64,000 nt of DNA from Vicugna vicugna (lineage: Eukaryota): positions 6,483,741-6,547,740 of the forward strand of contig MU058636.1 in NCBI GenBank assembly GCA_013265495.1, in the 5' to 3' direction. A program made the position numbers and the translations under genes. The notes below the pieces were generated by a model. That model was not told the DNA's origin. It ran no database searches and saw nothing but the letters and a program-made list of their open reading frames with translations. Positions 54,341-64,000 of the stretch are shown piece by piece. Each line of letters begins with the position of its first letter. Positions within the stretch are counted from its first letter, which is position 1.

Positions 54341-55038
54341 ACTATTGTGCAGATCTACCCAAATGCACACATGCATTGTGTCTTCTGCACCATCATCATC
54401 TTTCGAGGGTTAAAGCCAGTACCCCACCCCCATTTCTAATCTCTATGTTTCACAGCCATTAAAAAGGAGGGGTGTCCACATAAGGCATTTTAAATGGGGC
54501 TCCACAAAGTCTTGGGGTGCACCTTCTGCTGAATGATTCACAGGCTATTATAGCCAGCTGTGGAAGGAGACCCTTACACCCAAGTAAGGGACAGCTCACC
54601 TGACCCCTCAGCTCAGACACTGTGAAGTGGTCATTCCAGTCGCAGCTGGCCTGCAGGCACTGGCTTATCTTCCCAAGAGTAGACCGATGTGATCCTTGGG
54701 GTCACCCAGATCCTCCTCAGTTTAGGTCCACTGATCTCCTCTAAGGACAGCTCACACACCCCACTCAAAGCACAACCCAATATTATTCTGATCTCCCTGG
54801 GCCAGGGCAGAATAAATAAATTATAATAGTACCAACATCTCTCTTCAGTTTTAAGAAGCATTTTTTTTCACTCTCAAACAAACTAAGCTCTTGAGAATGA
54901 AATGCCTTGATTTGAGAAACCACTGTTTCTGATGTGGGCTTCAGAGCCTGCTTTGAAATTCAAAAATTGATTACCCTTCTTGTCTTCCGAAGAGAAGAAT
55001 CTAAATTCTCTTGAGATCATTTGGAAGCCTCTGTGTCG

Positions 55039-55180
55039 CAGGGGTGGGCAAACATTTTCTGTTAAAGGCCAGATAGTAAATATTATAGAATTTGTGGGCC
55101 ATAGAGAGTCTGTGTCATGTAGTCGCCATTTTTTTTTTAACAATCTTTTAAAAGTATTAAACAATTCTTAGCTCCAGTGC
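55039..55180. mobile_element. MER58B-like hAT MITE fragment
   Basis: caggggtgggcaaacattttctgttaaaggccagatagtaaatatt. Confidence 0.8.
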
Positions 55181-55189
55181 TTTTGTAAG

Positions 55190-57125
55190 TTCAAGGGCTT
55201 CACCTTGCTGATCTGAATTAAAAGAAATGAGTTCAAGACACTTGTCTATTTGTCTATTTTGAGCTCAAACCAGCTAAGAATGTCATGCCCATTGGGAAGT
55301 GAGTATCTGGACTTGTAAGTTTTGTATTTCTGTATGTATGTTCGACACGTGCCTGGAATTCTACAATTCAAGCTATAATAAGCTCTTTTCAAACATATAA
55401 ATATGTTTATATGTCTTTTCTGTATATTTATATTCTATAATACAGAATGACCATTAAGTTTTGAATGAGTGTGTAATATTTATAGATAAGACTGTGAAAT
55501 TTCTTCAAAGGAGCTCTATTCTGATTGGCTTATAGAGATAAATAGTGCTTATATAAATTGAATATTCCTAAAAATCCCAGAAATTAACAAAACTGAATGT
55601 CTAATAATTTCAGTGTGCTAAAAAAAAAGTTATTCTTAATGAAACTAACTTAGGTATTTAAGAATTCAAGTTCGTATAATTTAGATAAGTTCTTGCAAAC
55701 AAGACTAATTTTAATATGTTGGTTTAATAAAAACAGTTATGTCTTCACAGAGTTATCAGCATTAAGTATCAAACAATATTATATCTTATTTTACTTGGGT
55801 AGTTTTTAAACTTACACAGGTTTACTGATGGAATAAGCTAACATTACTTTTACTAAACATTTAAGATTATGAATAATGGAAACTTGTATTTAACCAAATT
55901 CAATTATTATTCTAACAACTTTATTTCAACATTAATTATATTTTATAATATGTCAGCTTGATGATAATTTTCAAGATTTTTAGATAATTTAAAATCTTGG
56001 ACTGATACCAAATTGAGTAAATTAATGGACATTCATTAAGAAACTAGAGCATTTCTAAGTAAGATGGAATTCTGAAGCATTAATTATTAAGCATAATTCT
56101 AAGTTTATATGCCTTTTATCTCTAATTTTTGAGGGTATAAAGTCTCTATATATTGGGGGTATTTTAACAAATGTGTTCATTTTTGCCACTTTGAAAACCT
56201 GCATATAAGGGATATACAGGATATAGGAAGTTGTTGAAGTTCAAGAAAAGGGAACTATTTTTTGTCCTGGCCAAAGCTAGCTATAGTTTGATGGTTTTAT
56301 TTATAAGATTTTCAAAAAGAGTTTTAGTATCAAATATTATGCTGATGTAAAACACAAATTTAGTTTTCTGTTAAAATGACAAAATTTTTCTTAGATTATT
56401 GGTTAGGTCTTAGTAAACAGTTATCAAAGTTTATTCTTTACCTTTTATGTAATCTGTGTAGATAGCAAAGATTCTGCGTCTTACAGACTAATTTTCACAG
56501 TTTATGTTTATTATTCCTTTGATTATTTAAGAAAACAAAGGTTTCTCACTTAGGAAAAAGTTTAGGTTCTTTCTGTTCAAGTTACCTCCCATGTTTACAT
56601 TTAAAATCTTTCACTGTCACTTTGGTATTTAAGTATTCCTTACTCTTAGAGAGCCAGGCATCCCATCATCCTAGCTGAATCAAGCATTCAGTTTCCCCAA
56701 ATCAAAACCTAAATGGTATCTTTTACACCATGAAACTATCTTTGAGCTGTCCCAAAGAGCTCTGGAAAATCACCAAGGATCTGTTTTTTCACCTTGTGAA
56801 AAGCGAGGTACTGGAATTAATTAGGCTTATTTGAATGCTGCTATGGGTGAGCTACATGGAAAGAGCTGTCAAATTAGAAGAAATGCTTAGCCTTTCCCAG
56901 ATTAAATTTGTATGGGTAAAAGTTGTAAATATAACCATTTCAGCAATTGTGTGCTATATGGAAAGTTCTTAAAGAACTGTTAATGCCCTTGCTATCTGGG
57001 ATATGTTTCTATTTATTAGACTCCTGGTGCTGCTTTGCCTGTTGTTAGACAATAACAATTCAGTGTGATTAGTCATAATTTCAGTTATTTTTAAAACGTT
57101 AACTCAGGCACAACTTCTAGCTTCT
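55190..57125 (+). mobile_element. Non-autonomous ERV1-type internal sequence (MER34-int-like)
   Basis: Collinear similarity to 43.1-45.0 kb; followed by a MER34-like LTR. Confidence 0.65.
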
Positions 57126-57280
57126 TCTAAATCAGTGGTTTCCAATTGGAGATTTGCATCACTTATCTATGGTGTTCTGTTAACATATGGATATGTAGGA
57201 CCTATTCCAGAGTCACTAAATCTCTACTTGATATTCTTGATATATTCTGGGTACATTCTTACTATATTCTTGGTATATCG

Positions 57281-58164
57281 TGTAACTATTATCACATACC
57301 ACAAGACCCACCATAGATTACTGAAGTGTAATATGACTAGGGGAAAACAGCAGTCTTTTTGGTCAAAGTGTTATCCATGTGCCATTGTCCTTGCATGGCC
57401 CAGAAAACATTTGTCTGCCAAAGATTTGCTTTTTTCACTGTCAGCTAAAGATTGTCACTCACCACAGGGTTCTATAAAAATGAAGTCACTAGTCACTGCA
57501 GTTACTGACCTTCAACACATCCTGAAGGGATTTCAGGGTGGAGATCAGGCACTCTGCTCTAGAAAAATACTGGCAGAACACGCCTTCAGATAGTTCTATA
57601 TTTTCAGGAGAAGATTTTATGAGCCCAATTTCTTGCATCTTCTCATATCTAGAAAAGCACTGAACTCATTAACGGAAATATCTGCCCCTCATGACTAGCA
57701 GCAACCTTGTGACCAGCAGCAACCTTTTGCCAAAATATGTGCTTGATTACAGGCACACCCCCTCCACTAAAATCACATATATATTGACTTTCCTCACCAC
57801 CTCTTTTGGAGCAGTTCCTCAGAGCTATCTGAGAGGCTCTCTGCCAGGCTATAGTCCTCATTTTGCCCCAAATAAAACTTAACTCACAACTCTAATACTG
57901 TGCAATTTTTTTCAATTGACATCATCTTCCTGTAAATTGCCCCCCTCCCTTTGACGTTCCAACCCCCAACCTGCTTCTCCTCTCAGATGCCATATAAGCT
58001 TCAATTACCTAACTTGCCCCTGGGAGCACATAATTATGGAGCCTCCATACATAAATTATTACATTTTAGTTTCTCTTGTTAATCTGTCTCATGTCAATGT
58101 AATTCTTAGACCTGCCAGAAGAATGGAGAAGAACAGAGGAAAGTTTATTTCCTTCCTCACAACA
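57281..58164 (+). mobile_element. MER34-like ERV1 LTR, split by a younger LTR
   Basis: aaacatttgtctgccaaag on the left; tttctcttgttaatctgtctc...agaggaaagtttatttccttcctcacaaca on the right. 5' boundary uncertain. Confidence 0.7.
57439..57921 (+). mobile_element. ERV1-class solo LTR (483 bp) nested in an older LTR
   Basis: TGTCA...TGACA inverted termini, near-perfect 4-bp TSD TCAC/TCAT, and AATAAA at ~57871. Confidence 0.85.
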
Positions 58165-61100
58165 TGTACTTTGAAACACTGATGGGCAGTGAAATAAAGA
58201 CGGGGGAAACCCTAGAATGGTAGAACAGTTTTCCCAAGACTACTGAAAGGCTTTGGTGCTTATCAGGAAGGACACCTACAACAGAGAAAAAAGGTAATGG
58301 GGCAAGTTACCAAAAGGTAAAGAGCAGGCACCAATGCCGTGATAATGCTCTCCAGTCACCAATTCACTCTTCCAACTAAAACCTAGCTCGCAAGTGAAAT
58401 GACAGTGAGCAGGAAGACCATGGGGATTGACATGCAAATAAGCACTCTAGGCAACCCACACTGAATTCTGTACTGGGGAGGAATGTTTGGGGTGCTCATT
58501 TGCATGATGGTTACCAGAAAGTTTTTTCAGTTCACAGCCATTTTAAAGCACGCCTTGTCAGAGCCTGGGAACAAACTGAAGTCTCTGAACAAAGGTGAAC
58601 CGGCAGTGAGCTCTCTTCTGTAACCCACAGGAGACAATATGCCTTCTACTGGGAACTTAAATACTCAGAAAGTTTATCATGCAAACAGAGCAGAGCCTAT
58701 GGCTACTGTAAATGTCTGTTGTTACAGAAAAGATCTCTGACCACGTTGACTCCATTTCTGACGTAATCTCTGGATTCTCATGTCCTGGAGCCTCCCACTG
58801 AGCTCCCCTTCTCAGAAAGAGTAATATCTCACCCTTCTCTTACTGCATCTGCTTCCTGTTTACAAAGGGTGCACTTTGAGAAAAGCAACGTTTCTTTCTT
58901 TAATCCACAGCAATATTTATTGCTTCAGGGAAATTCCAGTCTTGTCCTCTGGCAAGCTCTCAGCTCTCAATTTAAACAGGCAAAGCAAATGCATTTTCTC
59001 TCCATGTGAAAAAGGCTGTGGTTAACAGGACTCTGTCACTGACAAGAGTATTTTAATTATTTTAAACCAAATAAACAAAATATTTTAAAAAGATAAAGTC
59101 AGGAGTCCACTCTAGTAATTTCTTTCTCATGGCATCTTTGTAATCAGCACAATTCTGTGTCCATCATCATTGTTTTTTAAGTGCCTCCTAAGTACTAGTT
59201 GTGGTTCAGAGTACCCACCCACTTAGTCACCAACACTTAACAGAGAAAATATACAAAACAGGTCCCTACAATAGCACACATTCAACACTTCCTAAATCTC
59301 CTACGTGAATACAGTATTCTCTTTAAGAACGGAGTACGTACCAGGAGGGCTATAGGTTGTTGATGGTAAATAGAGACGCAATCTCTATTGGATGATGTAC
59401 TTCTAAATAGGATGGAACAGAGGCAGAGATGACATCTCTTTACTTTGGACTAAAGGAATGCTTTACAATGATGGCCAGATTTCAGCAGTGAACACACATG
59501 AACTAGAAGAGCCCCCAACTGTTTCTGTCTTTTTGGTATCTACAAGGCTAGTTCTTCCAAAAGGTGAGCTTAAGAATAGAATAATTATTTTAGATATGCT
59601 GGTGTAATGGACTTCATCAGTCTCATACACAAAGCTCATTTCAATGTGGATCAATGATCAACTATTTTCAGAGGATCCTCTGCAGTTAAATTCCAGCCAT
59701 TTTTACTCCTGACATGCAAAAGGCAACAATGGTGAGGTCTCTCCACCTCACAATCAAGGACTGTGCAAAGAGAATACACAAAAGTAGCTCAATAGATCAC
59801 ACGATGATTTTTTTTTATGCACAATAAACTGCAAATAGCCTCCTCCTTAGGGAACGCCTAGCTGTGTATCTATTGCTTTCAATCCCACCTAACTCCTTTT
59901 AGCATATTAGTTCTGCTTCACACAGGAGCAGAGCAAACATTTTTTAGCATGCAAACAACAGTAAATCACATCCTCTTCCACTTTTATAGCTCAATGCAAA
60001 TATTTAACATTTATCTCATGTTTCTTATTATCAAAGCACCTTCTATCACATGAGAGAAATAGATTTTAGTTTTACTCACTACATAGAAGAATAAATCAAG
60101 ATATGAAGGAAAAATTAACTCTGACTATACATAAGGTCTACAACACAGTTGAAATCTGGAATTCAGAATTTCTAAGATACATTCTTCTCCTAAATGTAGA
60201 TGTAACACACAAAATTCTTGGCCAATGAAAGCCATAGAATGAGTCCTGCCTACTTAGTGGAAAGAGTGTACCTTGTAAATGTATTATCAGTACTTTTTCC
60301 CAGAAATCACTTGCTTCTATATTCTTCACAAAACGGCCTGGATAGAATAACTAATGGTATAATTACTTAATATCTCTGAAATAGTTGAAGAGCATCTGAT
60401 GAATGGATTAAAAATTCTGTCCTTTTTATGAGTATCATTACTGTAATTTGGTTATATGTGGAGTTTTTATTGAGCATTATTAATCATTCTTAAATGCTAA
60501 GACAGAAGATTTGGATATTTTTTAAAGTTATCTCAATGCTTGCTAGGCCACAAAAACTACTAAAATATCAGAGTTTTAAAATATTGACAATAATTAGAAT
60601 AAATACATATTTACATTAAAAAAAAACCCAAAATTTCCACAAAGCTAATATTTCTAAACAGCTTACTAAATATCACCATACTGAGTTATTGAAAATCGTG
60701 TTTCTTGGAGGTTGGTTGTTTATCAAGGAGAAAATCCTATTCTTAGATACTGACCACTCAGTTTTGGTATCAAATCAACTCCTTTTTTAAAGCAAAGTCC
60801 TGTCCAAAGCTACTGCGATTTCAAACTCTAGAGAGAAATCAATCCCAGCTGAGAAAACTTCACTGTTCTACACAGTCTCATTTTGTAGAAAACACATCTT
60901 AAATTTTATAGGTTGATCTGAAAGCAACATGTTTACGAGAGGCCTAGGATAAATACTAGAACAAAAAGAAACAAAAAGGTGGAGTTTCCTATTATGTATT
61001 GAACAAGTGGTGGGATTTAATAGCTCTTTGTTTTTCCTAATTTAAAACCTTAAACAAATTTCAGTTCAACTTTGACTAAAATAACATAGTCATTTTCTCT

Positions 61101-61289
61101 GCTTTTATTTCTGTTTCCTATCATTGCCAGTATTTCTATATCTGATTAGAAATAGGAATTTACAGACAGATTACAAAATTACAGGGCACAGAAGAAATAA
61201 GATGGTTGTGAATCCCAGAGAAAGGATCAGAGCTGAACAGCATGAAGACTGGGTTGGGAGAGAAATAAAGTGAACCAAACAAACGGATA

Positions 61290-61790
61290 TGTCTTAATCA
61301 GAGCACACTGAGAAATGTGAATTTAATCAAGGTAGCTTAAAGAAAGAGGGATCTCACAGGCTCCAGAGAAGGAAATCCAGGTTTACACAGGGCTGGGAGT
61401 TGGAATGGAAGATGAAGACCAAGACTGTGCTGCACCAGACAGAGCCATGTGGCTCCCCTCCATTCTACTTCTCTGCTCTGGCCTCTAGTTTTCTAACTTT
61501 CTCTTCAAAACTATTGTTTATTCCTTCCCAAATCACTGATAGACAGGTGGTTCTGGTTCTCCATGGTACAGATTCACACCCTAGTTCTCTAAGACTAATT
61601 ATTTCAATACTCAACATTGCCTCCATTCTGATTGGCCCAGCTCCCAGTCTTCCACCCCTTTTCAGTCAGCTCTGGTCAGGGGACAGAATCAAATGGTGAT
61701 AAGATCGCCCCTTCTGGACTGTGTGTGAAGGAAGATTTCTAAAATGGGGTTGCAGGAAGGCATGGAGTGGCCAGCATCTGTATACTATGG
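61290..61790 (-). mobile_element. Old MLT1-family LTR
   Basis: ttctgattggcccagc...tcagctctggtcagggg in reverse MLT1 orientation. Confidence 0.55.
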
Positions 61791-62614
61791 AATAGAAAAG
61801 GCCCTCGGTATTTATACAGAAGTAGCCACTTGCTTATCGGGTTTAATTGTTGCCTTGGAAGGCTGAATTTGAGATCAGGCAGAGGAGAGTGAAAATGATG
61901 GGACTGATGTTACAAAGTAATAAAACACATTTCTGTAAAAAAATCAAAAGCAGGAGTCTTTGGAGAATGGCCATAGCGATACAGAATAGAACATTATCCA
62001 TAGCTTTGCCTTTTACATATGGTAGAAATGGGAAAGAATGCCAACAATTATGCCTTGAAAACTGCAACCCCAAAATGTTATGTTAAAGAAATTACTATTT
62101 ACAAAATACCATAAATAAACTAAATAATTGTATTTCTATTTATAAATGATTAAATGTGGGTCAGAAAGAAGGCATTCATAATGAATATTCACAGATCGCA
62201 AACCAATCTGTTGTCAGGTAAAAACAGAGCTCAAAGTCTGAATCTCTAATCTCTTCCAGGTTACTATATTTAATGTACTTATGAAAATGAGTCAATCTCT
62301 CCCACATGTTTGATACAGAATTCCTTAAATGTAAAAAGAATTAGAACTCTTTCTAAATAACAAAATTAGTAGAACTTGAGAGTTAAAAACACTTTTATTT
62401 AATATATTAAATATGTATTAACCAAACCAAGAGTAGCTTTACTTCCCTGTTTTACCCAGATTTCATTCAGAGCTAAAATTTGTTAATAATTCTTCATCCC
62501 AATAGTTTCAATAGTTTTCAATGTGCTTTAAGCAATAAGAAATTAATTTGAGATAGACATGTTAATGGAAGATCTAACTGAAAGGGGCCTTTTTCTAGAA
62601 CATCTTTCAGATCT

Positions 62615-63078
62615 ATGGCTTTGAAACTTCTTTGATGTTTAAATAATGACTTAGTATATACATACATGAATAAGTTTTACATATATACATATTGCATATT
62701 ACATACATATATACAATATAATGTACAGTTGGCCCCCCATACCCATGGGTTCCATACCTGCGAATATAGATAGCCAACTGTGAGGGCTTTGAGTATTCAT
62801 GGTTCTGGTATCCACAGGGGTCCTGTAGCCAATCCTCTGTGGATACAAAGGGACAAGTGTGTGTGTGTGTATGTATATGTGTGCATGTGTGTATCCATAC
62901 ACATATGTGAAACAGAAGTTGTACAAAACATTACTTATCCCATCTATATCCAATATTGTCTGCTATTTTTACTACTTTTCCTGTTCTATTTTCTTTTTTA
63001 AACAACGCTGGTCACAACCCACTAAACTGATTTCACAAGCCACAAATGAGTTCCAATCTGTAATTTGAAAAACACTGC
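62615..63078. mobile_element. Charlie4-like hAT element with nested MITE
   Basis: tcacaacccactaaactgatttcacaa...tttgaaaaacactg terminus. Confidence 0.65.
62726..62859. mobile_element. MER2/Tigger-type MITE
   Basis: TA|cagttggccc...ggggtcctgtagccaatcctctgtggatacaaagggacaagtg; imperfect TIRs. Confidence 0.75.
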
Positions 63079-63714
63079 ACTAGCCCAATTAAACACTATA
63101 CTTTACTTCAGTTTTCTTCAATTAATTTGATACACCTAGAGACAGACTGTGTCATTTATGAAGTGCCAGCCAAGACTATGACTTATATCGGTCTACCCAC
63201 CCATAAATGTTCTTCCCAGTAACCCACGCAGCCTTTCTCTATAAATTAGCATGGTTGGTGTCACTATAAATCTCGAAGGCATTTCCTTTATCTGCAGAAA
63301 GTATCTATTTTCAAATGGAGAAAAGAATCCCCACCAAAAAACAAACTAAATCACACAGTAAATCTAACAGAAAGTGATTAATGGGATTGGTGGTCAGCAA
63401 ACCCAGCTTACTTCCCTCAAGAAGTGCGACTAGGACCTCAAATTCATCTTCATTAATATGTCACCACTTAGTGCCGTGTTCTAGAGATACATTTGCTAGT
63501 TAATAATTAATCAGAAAAGTCTCTAGTGATAGTGGCAGAAGGGAGAATGAATGGGTAGATTTGCCCTGCATAGAGATAGATTTCCAACAGTGACACCAGA
63601 GCATAACGCCTTAAAGACGTAAGAACAATGGCCTTTACGAAATCTGGATAAAATGATAGATTTTTAAAGATACAGTCCTCTTTGGAACAACAAGTTTAGT
63701 CTCACCACACCAAT

Positions 63715-63985
63715 AATGTTCACTATTCCATGGCACCTCCCCTCTGGTTCCTATGTCCCTAAACTATCCCTATCACATAATACCCTGACTTATCCTTCAG
63801 AGTGCTCATCCTGCCTGTAATTAATTACTCGATCATTATTTGCTTCATGCCTGCCATCTCCCTTAGACTGGCTAAGTCAATATGGATTCCACAATGCCTA
63901 GCCCAGTGTGTAACACACCAACAGAACTCAGCAAATACTCATTGAATGAACCAGTGAATGGATGGACAAAAGTGAGTAAATATAT
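63715..63985 (+). mobile_element. LINE-2 3' end
   Basis: tctcccttagactg...tgcctagcccagtg...ctcagcaaatactcattgaatgaa. Confidence 0.7.
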
Positions 63986-64000
63986 TAGAATGTACATTAT

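Noticed and set aside
57135..57593. 152-aa ORF, the longest in the track
   Set aside because: Runs across a MER5-like fragment, a short tandem repeat and two different LTRs, so it is a chance open frame.
59547..59563. Plus-strand 17-nt microexon (ctacaag|...AAG|gtgagc)
   Set aside because: AAG acceptor and no partner exons; such pairs occur by chance in 64 kb.
1..64000. CRISPR array, operon, tRNA/rRNA or intact transposase/RT gene
   Set aside because: No regularly spaced repeats, long ORFs or structural RNA signatures seen; all TE coding regions are disrupted.

Overview
AT-rich mammalian genomic DNA. A 3'-end LINE-1 fragment at ~44.4 kb and the absence of recognisable Alu, B1/B2, Bov-tA or PRE-1 SINEs suggest a cetartiodactyl, probably a camelid (inference from memory). 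Much of the window is decayed transposable elements: L1, L2, MIR, MaLR/ERVL/ERV1 LTRs and hAT/Tigger DNA elements. Family names are from recalled consensus motifs and boundaries are approximate. The main gene-like signal is the 5' end of a spliced minus-strand gene that I cannot name. It comprises a CpG-island promoter (~50.45-50.71 kb), a 437-nt exon (17603-17167) with several upstream ATGs that ends exactly in ATG, and a 32-nt exon (7592-7561); spliced together they read MADRAFLTRGTR. A further minus-strand exon candidate lies upstream of the island (51777-51649). Other points of interest are a pre-miRNA-sized hairpin with paired octamer motifs (58421-58516), a probable decayed retrocopy (~31.3-32.2 kb) and a cluster of ERV1-type insertions around the promoter. 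None of the ORF-track ORFs looks like a real stand-alone gene. I found no convincing evidence of a novel multi-gene system.
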